A DNA stretch of 58,844 bases from Candidatus Tectimicrobiota bacterium (GCA_016192455.1 JACPUC010000014.1:62001-120844); one strand, 5' to 3'; numbered from the stretch's first letter, positions 13,031-22,054 are shown. Made by a program: numbers and translations. The notes: a model not told the origin generated them from the letters alone.

Positions 13031-13303
13031 GAGCCTCTCCTAAGCTGCCGCACTCTCGGCATCGTCTCTGGCTCAGCGTAAGCTGCCTGAAGCGCACCCT
13101 ACACCCGCAGCCCGCCCCCACAGGAAGCCTCGCAACCACGGCTGCGCACCTCCACTGTCACGCCATCATCGTCGCTACGGTACTCCTGGCGCGATGAGGA
13201 TGTGGATCACCCACCAGTCATGCATCCACGGACCTCAGCGGGTCGGCAGGTTGCGGCTCACCCCCCCATCCGTGCGCGTGATTCTGGCAAGGGATAAAAG
13301 GGT

Positions 13304-13332
13304 ATGCTAGGAAGCTCCCCTTTTTTTGTCAA
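13304..13332 (-). promoter_or_regulatory. Candidate sigma70 promoter upstream of khpA
   Basis: TTGACA-N17-TAGCAT in a local AT-rich patch. Confidence 0.65.
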
Positions 13333-13840
13333 TAAGCATTTTTCTTCTCGCTGTTCCCGCGGGGTCGAGGAAAGCTCTGCATTTGTTCGCGCCCCCGCCG
13401 CCGGGCTGTAACGCCCTGCCGAGGCCAGCCCTTCAAGCGCGGTGCTGACCCTAAGATGGCGAAAGCGGCCGGAGCGGCGCCGAAAAAGAGGTTTCGCTTG
13501 ACTTTTTCTCCGCAAGTACTAAAGCTACAGGAGACGAGCATTGAGGCGGGGAGAGTAGGCCAGCAGAGCTGCGCCTGCGGCGTTGCTACGCCGGGTCGGG
13601 CGAGAAGCGGTAGTGATCGACCTGCACATCTCGCGGATGTCGTGCCGCGGGTGAACAGGCGAGGCAGGCCCGCTGCCTTTCTGAGCGAGTGTCGCGCAGA
13701 ACGAACCGGCCAATGTGTCGCCGCCTGGTGGGGCTGCAGCCTGCGCAGGGATGGCTTTCGTTCGCCGTTCCTCGGGAGAGGGATTTCGCTGCAGTGGAGC
13801 TGGCGCCGCAGCGCCGCGGCACTGCGTGTCAGGAGGGGGT

Positions 13841-14470
13841 ATGGACGCTCACACGCATATCTTGCAGTACCTACGCTGGATCCACTTCATGGCCGGCATC
13901 ACGTGGATCGGCCTTCTCTATTTCTTTAACGTCGTGAACGGGCATTTCCAGGCCGCTCTTGACGCGGATACGCGCACGAAGGTGGTGCCCGAACTGATGC
14001 CGAGGGCTCTCTGGTGGTTTCGCTGGGGGGCGATGGTGACATTGATTTCGGGCCTGCTGTACATCTTCTGGTCCAAGTGGATCACCACCTGGGGGCAGCC
14101 GGGAATGGGTGGATTCTTCGGCTCCCAGGGACTCTGGAGCTCATCCTGGGGGGGCTGGATCACCCTGGGCAGCTCGTTTGGCATCATCATGTGGTTCAAT
14201 GTCTGGTTCATCATCTGGCCGGCGCAAAAGAAGATCATCACCTGGACGAAGGCTGGCCAATCGCCACCGGAGCGGGCCAAGCTGGCGTCGCGCGCCACGA
14301 AGACGTCTCGGGTCAATACCTATCTCTCGGTTCCCCTCCTCTTCGCCATGGGGGGGGCGAGTCACTTCGCCACGTTCGGCTGGCTGAGCGCGATTCTGGT
14401 CGTGCTGGTGGGATTCATTATCGTCTGGGTCTTCGTTTCGGTGGCGAAGAACGTGGGCACCAAGGTGTAA
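13841..14470 (+). CDS. Urate hydroxylase PuuD-like (Urate_ox_N) membrane protein without cytochrome c domain
   Basis: LRWIHFMAGITWIGLLYFFN, ALWWFRWGA, MWFNVWFIIWPAQKK and SRVNTYLSVP; AGGAGG RBS; no CxxCH. Confidence 0.8.
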   Translation: MDAHTHILQYLRWIHFMAGITWIGLLYFFNVVNGHFQAALDADTRTKVVPELMPRALWWFRWGAMVTLISGLLYIFWSKWITTWGQPGMGGFFGSQGLWSSSWGGWITLGSSFGIIMWFNVWFIIWPAQKKIITWTKAGQSPPERAKLASRATKTSRVNTYLSVPLLFAMGGASHFATFGWLSAILVVLVGFIIVWVFVSVAKNVGTKV

Positions 14471-14765
14471 CGCCTGTGCCTCCGCGTCTCTCCCGCGCCG
14501 TTTCCTGCGCGGCAGCATGACGTGCTTGCGCCTGGTTGCCACGGGCCGCGTGGCGGCCAGGCACAACGCTTCACGAACTCCTCCTCCACCTCCTGAAGCT
14601 CGGCCTTCCCTAATTTCCGCCACCAGCTCGGCAGACCCACGGCGGCTGATCTCGCCGCCTTCACCGCCGCGCCGGCACACGGCTCGCGGCAGCCGCAAGG
14701 ATTTCCGCCCCTCCCCTGCGCGGCGGGACAGGTCTTGCGGACGCGGCAACGCCGTACACAGGAGG

Positions 14766-14903
14766 ATGGCTTCTCTTTCCTTCATCATGGAGAGGTGGAA
14801 GCACACCTACACGGTTGCTTGCAAACCGACGGAACGCAAGAGCTACCTCGAGGCGTTTCTTGCCAACATCAATTGGGAGGTCGTCGCAGAGCGCCTAAGA
14901 TAA
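14766..14903 (+). pseudogene. Degenerate C-terminal fragment of an Fe/Mn superoxide dismutase
   Basis: IMERWKHTY...ERKSYLEAFLANINWEVVAERL matches the SOD ending (MDVWEHAY...R..Y..AF..NI.W..V..R), but the DxWEH motif is corrupted and there is no N-terminal half. Confidence 0.7.
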
Positions 14904-15086
14904 ACGGACGGCCGACGGCGCTGGAACACCGTCTGGGGATTGGCTCGCCGCCAGAGGAGGAGGGTACGCGTCCTTTGGCGGCGAGTCATTTGGGCGGGTT
15001 GGCAGCAGGCATGCGCAACGGCGTAAGTCGGAACGAACTGCACTGGCAGCGTACCGCGAGCGTTGGCGACCCCCCAGCCATGAACC

Positions 15087-15365
15087 TTAGAGGGACTTCT
15101 TGAAACCCGGAGCTGGCTTGAAGCCGACCGTCTTCGAGGCCCTGATCTTGATCTCGGCCCCGGTCTGGGGGTTGCGGCCCTTGCGTGCGGCGCGTTTCCG
15201 CACGTTCCAGGTGCCAAAGTTGGGGAAGGAGAAGCGACCGTCCTTCTTGATCGACTTCGCAATCACCAAGAAGGAGCTGTCAACAATCTCTTCAACTGTC
15301 TTCTTGCTGAGATTCAGCCCCTTCTTCTCCTTCGTGATGGCCTCCACCAATTCTGCCTTAGTCAT
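15087..15365 (-). CDS. hup: HU family DNA-binding protein
   Basis: MTKAELVEAI...FGTW...RAARKGRNPQTG...VGFKP; GGAGG 8 nt before ATG 15365. Confidence 0.95.
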   Translation of the reverse strand: MTKAELVEAITKEKKGLNLSKKTVEEIVDSSFLVIAKSIKKDGRFSFPNFGTWNVRKRAARKGRNPQTGAEIKIRASKTVGFKPAPGFKKSL

Positions 15366-15562
15366 CTGCGTCACCTCCCTTCACCTACTGTAAACTCGTG
15401 GCGGCTGACCCACCACAACCTTCCGCGACCCCTCCCGTGGCTCCAACTGGGGAAACCAACCACTTCCGCAGGCGACTGACCCCAGTGCTAGACAGGACGC
15501 CACTCCGCTCGCGCTCCCACTCCGGAATACGCTCTACTACAGGGCTTGCGGTATGTCAATAG

Positions 15563-16024
15563 CTAATTTGCGTTGTCCTGACGCTTCGTTCCGGGGACTT
15601 GTCCACCCGCGCCATTCAGCCGCAGCTCGGAGTGCACCGCTTTCACTTCCGCCATCGCCTGCACGGCGCTGAGAAGCTGCCGCAAAACTCGGCGGTTCGG
15701 CACCTTTCCCGTAAACGTCACCACACCGCGGTTGACCGTGAAATCCAGCTCCTCGAAGGAAAGCTCGCGCGTCTCGTTGATCACGGTGTTAATCTTCGCC
15801 GTCAATATTGTATCGTCGATAAATTCGCCAAACGTCTTGTTTTTGACTTGGGAATCCTTCGCCACCGCGACTTCCCCGGCGCCACCGGCAGCCACCAGCG
15901 GTGCACAGCCCCACAACAAGCCGAGGCAGAGAAGCCCGCCCAACTGCAGGAAGCGAGCCGCCCCACGAGCTCGCCTGCCTTGCCAACAGCGCGACCCCCC
16001 GAAATGACGCCGCCAAGTTCTCAC
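15563..16024 (-). CDS. BON-domain lipoprotein
   Basis: Lipobox LLWG/C; IDDTILTAKI...VNRGVVTFTGKV...VKAVHSEL. Start uncertain (16024 or 16102). Confidence 0.8.
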   Translation of the reverse strand: MRTWRRHFGGSRCWQGRRARGAARFLQLGGLLCLGLLWGCAPLVAAGGAGEVAVAKDSQVKNKTFGEFIDDTILTAKINTVINETRELSFEELDFTVNRGVVTFTGKVPNRRVLRQLLSAVQAMAEVKAVHSELRLNGAGGQVPGTKRQDNAN

Positions 16025-16121
16025 GCAGTGCCGTGCAGCCAACCCCTTCCAAGCCCCCGGAAAAATGCTTGCGCTACGGCAAAAAGGCTCCTTCGACACC
16101 ATATGTCGTGTCCGATTTTGA

Positions 16122-16150
16122 AAATTACCCCATCATATGGTAGTAGTCAA
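16122..16150 (-). promoter_or_regulatory. Candidate sigma70 promoter for the BON lipoprotein
   Basis: TTGACT-N17-TAATTT in an AT-rich patch. Confidence 0.5.
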
Positions 16151-16403
16151 GCGGAATCTTACATCAAGGTTTCAGTCTGAATTGTCTCTTCCCAGCTCCG
16201 CTGCCTCTGCAGCCGTGCAGACGAGCCGGCGTGATCCACTCTTTGCCGACGGCGGCAGATTGCGTTCACCCCTGGTTGTGGCTACGCCGCGTCCCATGGC
16301 AGGCCGCTCGGGTGCAGGCCGCCTTTTCGCTTGCGCGTCAGGGACCGCCACACTAGTATGAGGGACGCGCGCCGCCAGAGCTTCGGCACTCAGCCCAGCA
16401 TGG

Positions 16404-17603
16404 GTGGTACGCGGTCAGTACAAGGAGCTGCCGTTGAACTGGGTCGCCGTGATGGGCATCTTGCTCGGTCATATGTTCGTCGATATGTCGCAGAATATCC
16501 TGCCGATCGTCCTGCCGCGCCTGCGCGAGCTTTTCAGCCTCAGCTACACGCAAATCGCCTTGGTGGTGACGGTGATGAATGTCACCTCCTCGATCATTCA
16601 ACCGATCTTCGGGTTTCTCTATGATCGCTGGCAGAGCACCTGGTTGATTGCGGTTGGGATTATCTGGACGGGTCTCTTCCTTGGCCTGGTGGGGTTGGCC
16701 CCGAACTATGGTTGGTTGCTTGCCTGCACGGCGGCCGCGGGAATCGGCACGGCGGCGTTTCATCCCGCCGCCACCATGGCCACCAGCGCGGCCAGCGGCA
16801 GCCGCAAAGCCTTCGGCATGTCCTTCTTCGGCATCGGCGGCAACCTCGGTTTCGCCATTGGTCCCATGGTTGGGGCGCTGCTCGTCTTCCTGCTGGGGAT
16901 GCCCGGCCTCCTCTTCCTCTTGCTGCCCGGAATTGCCGCTGCTCTCTTCGTCTATCGGCACCGCGCCATGTACACCGTCCCCACCTTGCGGCCCGTCGCG
17001 CGGCGGCAACTCCAGGGACCGACCCCGGCGCAGCTCTTCAGCCTGGGGGCGCTCTGCGTCGTCATTATCGTGCGCTCCTGGGCCTACATGAGCTTCATCG
17101 TCTTCCTGCCGCACTACTTCACCAACCAGGGCATCTCCACCGGCGCCACCAGCGTGCTGGTCTTTGTTTTCCTGGCGGCGGGCGCCGTGGGCGGCTTCTT
17201 CGGCGGCCACTACTCGGATCGCTTCGGACGGCGCAAGTTCATCATCTTCCCCATGATGAGCTACACGCCGATGATGCTCCTCTACCTGTCGAGCGCGGGC
17301 GGCTGGAACATCGTCCTCCTGGCGCTCGCCGGCGCATTTCTCCTCTCCTCCTTCTCTGTCACCGTGGTCCTGGCGCAGGAGATTCTGCCTCAAAGTCCCG
17401 GCTTGGCCTCTGGGCTTTCCCTTGGTCTCTCCTTTGGGATCGGCGGCCTGGGCGTGAGTCTCACCGGGGTGATCGCCGATGCCTTCAGCATCCAGGCAGC
17501 GCTCTGGCTGCTGGCCGTGGTCCCCTTCTTCGCGGCCCTGCTTACCCTGCTCATCCGCACGGGGGAGCGGCAGGTGCTGGTGCCGCGCGAGGCGGGCGCG
17601 TAG
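16404..17603 (+). CDS. MFS transporter (Fsr/fosmidomycin-resistance-like)
   Basis: About 12 hydrophobic segments; SSIIQPIFGFLYDR, GTAAFHP, GGNLGFAIGP and SDRFGRRK. Confidence 0.9.
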   Translation: MVRGQYKELPLNWVAVMGILLGHMFVDMSQNILPIVLPRLRELFSLSYTQIALVVTVMNVTSSIIQPIFGFLYDRWQSTWLIAVGIIWTGLFLGLVGLAPNYGWLLACTAAAGIGTAAFHPAATMATSAASGSRKAFGMSFFGIGGNLGFAIGPMVGALLVFLLGMPGLLFLLLPGIAAALFVYRHRAMYTVPTLRPVARRQLQGPTPAQLFSLGALCVVIIVRSWAYMSFIVFLPHYFTNQGISTGATSVLVFVFLAAGAVGGFFGGHYSDRFGRRKFIIFPMMSYTPMMLLYLSSAGGWNIVLLALAGAFLLSSFSVTVVLAQEILPQSPGLASGLSLGLSFGIGGLGVSLTGVIADAFSIQAALWLLAVVPFFAALLTLLIRTGERQVLVPREAGA

Positions 17604-17715
17604 GTCAGGCAGGCGCGGGGGATTGGTCCTACGCTCGCCATGGAGGAGACGGAGGAGAAGGAGGTTCGGCGCAGCGGCGGGGATGAGACCGTGCAGCGGG
17701 GCAAGGAGCTGAGAA

Positions 17716-18432
17716 ATGTCGGCGGAGCGGCTTGATGTGCAGCATCTACGCTTGGCGGGGGAGGACGCGGGCGAGCACCTCTGCTGGTCCTGCCAGCGCC
17801 AAACGCCCCCCCAGCCGTTCTGCGTGAACTGCTCGAAGCTCCAACCCTTCCCTGCCGAGACTGATTACTTCAGCCTCTTCGGGCTGGAGCGCAAGCTGTC
17901 CTTGGACCAAAGCGAACTTGAGGCGCGGTTCTACGAGCTGAGCCGCGCCTTCCATCCCGATTTCTTTCAGCAGCGCAGCCGGAACGAGCAGCGCCTGAGC
18001 CTGGAATACGCCGCCATGGTCAATCGCGCCTACCGCACCCTGCGCGACCCCTGGGCCAGGGCGGAGTATCTCATCCACCTCGAGCAAGGGGTCGCCGCGG
18101 ACATCCGCGCCGAAGCCCCCGGCGCCCTCCTCGAAGAGGTGCTCGAAGCCCAGGATCTCATCGAGAGCGCCCGGCGGGGGAGCGCGGACGCGGGCCGGCG
18201 CGACGAGCTGCGGGCGGTGCGGGAGCGCTTTGCCGCAGCTCAGGAGGAGCTGGTCAGGCAGCTCGAGGCGCTCTTCCAGCACTGGGATGAAACCCTGGGC
18301 GCCGCGGCGCTGAGCGATCAGGAGCGCCGGCAGAAGCGGCAGGCAGTCATCCAGGGGTTGCACCACGGGCTGTCGCAGCGCAAGTACCTCGCCAATGTCG
18401 TGCGCGACATCGACGCCGTCCTGGAGGCGTGA
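17716..18432 (+). CDS. hscB: Fe-S cluster co-chaperone HscB with N-terminal tetracysteine motif
   Basis: CWSC...FCVNC..LQP, DYFSLFGL, HPD J-domain motif and NRAYRTLRDP..RAEY. Confidence 0.92.
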   Translation: MSAERLDVQHLRLAGEDAGEHLCWSCQRQTPPQPFCVNCSKLQPFPAETDYFSLFGLERKLSLDQSELEARFYELSRAFHPDFFQQRSRNEQRLSLEYAAMVNRAYRTLRDPWARAEYLIHLEQGVAADIRAEAPGALLEEVLEAQDLIESARRGSADAGRRDELRAVRERFAAAQEELVRQLEALFQHWDETLGAAALSDQERRQKRQAVIQGLHHGLSQRKYLANVVRDIDAVLEA

Positions 18433-18444
18433 GGTCGCTCGACG

Positions 18445-18909
18445 CTAAGCCCTCTTCTTGGCGACGCGCTTCCCAGCAGGCGGTTTCTCCGCGGGCTGGT
18501 AGTACGATTCGAGCAAGGCCCGCAGGCGATCGGGAATCGGCACGGTCTGCTGCGTCTCGAGCGACAGGACGCAGATCGACACCGAGCCTTCGGCGATGGC
18601 CGCATTGCCGGCCTTCTGCGCCACGCGAAAGCCGAAGGTGAAGCTGCGCACGTTGAGCTCGCGCACCCACAGGTCGATGCGCAGCTCGTCATCAAGCCGC
18701 GCCGGCCCGCGGTACTCGCAGGAGACGGAGACGCGCGGGATGCGCACCTTCAACTCCCGGTACATCTGAGATTGCGGCAACCCCTTCTGGCGGTAGAACT
18801 CGTTCTCGGCGATCTCAAAGAAGTCGAAGTAGCGCGCGAAGTACGCCACTCCTGCCATATCGGTGTCCGGCCAACGCACGATGTAATCCAGGGAGAACGT
18901 CTTCCCCAT
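18445..18909 (-). CDS. Acyl-CoA thioesterase (4HBT/YbgC hot-dog fold)
   Basis: VRWPDTDMAGVAYFARYFDFFE and EYRGPARLDD. Confidence 0.9.
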   Translation of the reverse strand: MGKTFSLDYIVRWPDTDMAGVAYFARYFDFFEIAENEFYRQKGLPQSQMYRELKVRIPRVSVSCEYRGPARLDDELRIDLWVRELNVRSFTFGFRVAQKAGNAAIAEGSVSICVLSLETQQTVPIPDRLRALLESYYQPAEKPPAGKRVAKKRA

Positions 18910-19186
18910 GTCCGCCCCTCTCCGTCATGAGCAGCTCTGCCTCTCCTCACCTGCCCAGCAGAGCCATCTTCCGCCTCTCCCCCGCCGCTGCCGGCACGTG
19001 TCGAGGTGTCTCGCCTCGGCCCGGCGGCAGCCTGTCGGGATTCCCTCGGTTGGGCGCTGGAGCTGATTCGCGGGGCCGTCCAGGTGGCTAGCGCACCCGC
19101 CGCTGCGCCTCGCGCCAGCCGGGCGTTCAGCTCCGCAGCAGGCCCGCCATGGCCGGTCCGCGCAACCGCCGCATTCCAAACGCGGC

Positions 19187-19215
19187 ATTCTAACAACCGA
19201 CTCGGCGGCGGTCAA
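19187..19215 (-). promoter_or_regulatory. Candidate sigma70 promoter (extended -10) upstream of the thioesterase
   Basis: TTGACC-N17-TAGAAT with TGn before the -10 box. Confidence 0.55.
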
Positions 19216-19308
19216 ACGCTCCGCGCCCTGATGGAGTGCGCCCAGCTCCTGAGCGGCGGGCGCACCGCTCCCCCGCAGCAGACCTCTCCACTGATCCGGT
19301 GCTTGTGT

Positions 19309-19461
19309 GCTGTTTCACAAATTCTATCGCCAGAATTTGCGAGGGAGCCTCGCCCCCTCGCGCACCCCGACTACGCGAGCTGCTGCGCAGCTCGCGGGGA
19401 TTGGGGATGTGGGGAAGCAAAGGTCTTGCGCAAAAACTCCCCCACCACATGGCCCGCAGAA
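19309..19461. repeat. Hairpin-rich segment (possible MITE-like remnant) fused to the ftsK 3' end
   Basis: Consecutive inverted repeats: CAAATTCT/AGAATTTG (19318-19339), GCGAGGG/CCCTCGC (19339-19361), perfect 10-bp CGCGAGCTGC/GCAGCTCGCG (19374-19396) and imperfect ATGTGGGGA...CCACAT (19407-19450). Confidence 0.5.
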
Positions 19462-21951
19462 CATCTCGATCATGCGGGCGGCGCGGTTGTAACCGACGCG
19501 CAAGCGGCGCTGCAGCATGGAGATCGAGGCCTGCCCGGTGCGCGCGACGAGGGCCACTGCTTCGTCGTACTTCTCGTCGTAGCCCTCCTCATCGGTGGCA
19601 TCCCCTTCCTGCGCCGCGCTCACCACGAGGTCGCGGTACTCCGGCTGTTGCTGCTCCCGCCAGAAGCTGACGAGGCGTTTGATCTCCTCCTCGGAGACAT
19701 AGGCCCCGTGGATGCGCTTCAGCGAGGAGGTGCCGGGGGGGAGGAAGAGCATATCACCCTGGCCCAATAGGCGTTCGGCCCCGTTGCCGTCCAGGATGGT
19801 GCGCGAGTCGGTGCGCGACGACACCTGGAAGGAGATGCGGGCGGGGAAATTGGCCTTGATGAGGCCGGTGAGCACATCGACCGACGGGCGCTGCGTGGCG
19901 ACCAGGAGGTGCACCCCCGAGGCCCGCGCCATCTGGGCCAGCCGCGCCAGCGACTCCTCGACCTCGCGGGAAGAGACGATCATCAGGTCCGCCAGCTCGT
20001 CGATGAGCACGACAATGTACGGCAGCTTGCCGGCCGGCGTGGTCGTTACCAGTTCCTCGGCGTCGGCGGCAAGGAGGTTCGGCGCGTCGGCCGCCGCGGC
20101 CTCGCGCTCGCCGGCGGGCGCCCGCGGATCATGGTGCTCACGCTCCACCAGGAGGTTGTACCGGGCGATGTTGCGCACCCCCCGCTCGGAGAGGAGCCGG
20201 TAGCGGCGCTCCATCTCCTCCACCACCCACTTCAACGCCACCGCCGCCTTCTTGGGATGCGTGACGACCGGCGCCAGGAGGTGGGGCAGGCCATCGTAGA
20301 GCGTGAACTCGAGCATCTTCGGATCGATGAGAAGGAGTTTCACGTCCTGCGGCGTAGCCCGGAACAAGATGCTGCAGATGATGCTGTTCATGGCTACGCT
20401 CTTGCCCGAGCCCGTGGCCCCCGCGATGAGGAGGTGCGGGATGCGCGCCAGATCGGTCCACGCCGGATGACCAAGCATGTCCTTGCCAAGGGCGATGTTC
20501 AAGAGCCCCTCGGCGTCGCGGTACTGACGGTCGGCGATGATGTCCTTCAGCACCACCGCCTCGCGCCGGCGATTAGGAATCTCGATGCCGACGACGGCCT
20601 TGCCCGGCACCGGCGCCACAATGCGCACGCTGTAGGCCTTCATGGCCAGGGCCAGGTCGTCGCTGAGGCTGGCGATGCGGTTCACCTTGACGCCGGAGGC
20701 CGGCTCGTACTCGTACATTGTCACCACGGGACCCGGCAGCACCTGCACCACCCTCCCCTCGATGCCGTAATCGCGCAGCTTCTCTTCCAGGCGTTGCGAG
20801 TTGGCGATCAGCTCCTCGCGCTTCGCGGCACTCTCCGGGGGAGGAGGATCATCCAGGAGGCTCAGCGGCGGGAGCTGGTACCCCTGCAGGTGGTGGGGAG
20901 GGGTCGGTTGCACCTCAAAGACCTCGCCAGGCGCCGGCCGCCTCTCCGCCACAATGCGCGGCGGCGCGGCCGCCTGCCCGCCCTGGAGCGCTGGATATGC
21001 GGGCGTGGGCGCGGCATCTTCGCGCGGCTCTTGCTCTTCTGGAAGCAGCAACGCGGTATCGTCCGGCCGCGGCAGGAGAGCGGCGGGCGATCGTGGGGGA
21101 TCACGGACCGCAAGCTCGTCCACCTCGTCCCACGGCTCGCAGGCGGGGCGAGGAGCATCGAGCGTCGCGGCAAGCGGTTCCGGACGGAGGAGCGGCTGGT
21201 ACTCGAAGAAGTGGTCGACCTTCGGCAGGCGCAAACCGCGCAGCCCCCGCGCCATCTCCAGGCCCAGGAGTTTCAGCCCCTTGCCAATTCCCCAGGCTGC
21301 CCACAGCAGCAGTCGCGCGGCGGCCGCAACGAGCCGCAGCGCGCCCAGGCCGCCGCAGCGCGCCGCGCTGACCAACAGCCGGGCAACCTTCGGGATGAGG
21401 AGGGTGAGTGACAGGCCCGTCCCTCTCACGCCCGAGGCGGTGAGCAGGAAGCCGAGCACCACCGCGCTGCCGAGCTCGCCAAAGTACCGCCCTACCAGGT
21501 GCTTGATGAGGTGGCCGAGCTGGCCGCCGGCGTGCACCTCCGCCGGTCTGGCGAGGGCCAGAGCAGCCGCCGCGCCGAGCAGGAAGACGACCTGGGCCGC
21601 CAGCACTCCCCAGCCCAGGCCACGCGGCGGCGGGCGCAGCATCCAGGCGAGGTTGTACAGGAGGAAGCAGGGCAGGAGGAAGGCGGCCCTTCCCAGGACC
21701 ATGACGAGCCAGCGCGCCGTTGCCGCTCCGGCGATGCCGGCGGCGTTGCCCGAGGTCGAAACCTCGAGGCTGACCAGGCTCACCCCCAGGAAGCCGACGA
21801 GGCCAAGCCCGGCGATGAACAGGAGCTCCTTGCCGAATCTTGAGCCGCGGCCCGGGTCCGCAGCAAGACGCGCGCCTTCGGTCGTCCGCCAGTCGGTCCG
21901 CTGGAGGACGTTCGGAGAGATTCGTGGGCGGGGAGAGTGTCTCGATCTCAC
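19324..21951 (-). CDS. ftsK: DNA translocase FtsK with aberrant C-terminus
   Basis: N-terminal TM region; PHLLIAGATGSGKS (Walker A), IDELADLM (Walker B), ATQRPSVD and SISMLQRRLRVGYNRAAR. Homology stops at 19462. Start is GTG 21951 or 21987. Confidence 0.95.
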   Translation of the reverse strand: MRSRHSPRPRISPNVLQRTDWRTTEGARLAADPGRGSRFGKELLFIAGLGLVGFLGVSLVSLEVSTSGNAAGIAGAATARWLVMVLGRAAFLLPCFLLYNLAWMLRPPPRGLGWGVLAAQVVFLLGAAAALALARPAEVHAGGQLGHLIKHLVGRYFGELGSAVVLGFLLTASGVRGTGLSLTLLIPKVARLLVSAARCGGLGALRLVAAAARLLLWAAWGIGKGLKLLGLEMARGLRGLRLPKVDHFFEYQPLLRPEPLAATLDAPRPACEPWDEVDELAVRDPPRSPAALLPRPDDTALLLPEEQEPREDAAPTPAYPALQGGQAAAPPRIVAERRPAPGEVFEVQPTPPHHLQGYQLPPLSLLDDPPPPESAAKREELIANSQRLEEKLRDYGIEGRVVQVLPGPVVTMYEYEPASGVKVNRIASLSDDLALAMKAYSVRIVAPVPGKAVVGIEIPNRRREAVVLKDIIADRQYRDAEGLLNIALGKDMLGHPAWTDLARIPHLLIAGATGSGKSVAMNSIICSILFRATPQDVKLLLIDPKMLEFTLYDGLPHLLAPVVTHPKKAAVALKWVVEEMERRYRLLSERGVRNIARYNLLVEREHHDPRAPAGEREAAAADAPNLLAADAEELVTTTPAGKLPYIVVLIDELADLMIVSSREVEESLARLAQMARASGVHLLVATQRPSVDVLTGLIKANFPARISFQVSSRTDSRTILDGNGAERLLGQGDMLFLPPGTSSLKRIHGAYVSEEEIKRLVSFWREQQQPEYRDLVVSAAQEGDATDEEGYDEKYDEAVALVARTGQASISMLQRRLRVGYNRAARMIEMFCGPCGGGVFAQDLCFPTSPIPASCAAARVVGVREGARLPRKFWR

Positions 21952-22025
21952 GCCGTTCGCATGGCCTCCCTCAGTAACTTCGAGCACTTTATAGAAAATT
22001 GCATCTAAGTTATCGGATCAAAAAG

Positions 22026-22054
22026 AATTTACTACAACTTGGGCGAGTTGACAA
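22026..22054 (-). promoter_or_regulatory. Candidate sigma70 promoter for ftsK
   Basis: TTGTCA-N17-TAAATT in an AT-rich patch. Confidence 0.5.

Noticed and set aside
14362-14664. Minus-strand ORF with protein-like patch LGKAELQEVEEEFVKR
   Set aside because: Too short to assign, overlaps the PuuD-like gene, and has no RBS or family motif.
19190-19461. Intron or intein interrupting ftsK
   Set aside because: No downstream exon encoding the missing FtsK tail was found, and there are no group I/II intron or intein terminal motifs.
19909-21411. 500-aa plus-strand ORF opposite ftsK
   Set aside because: Antisense shadow of a GC3-rich gene; no motifs, and composition typical of reverse-frame translation.
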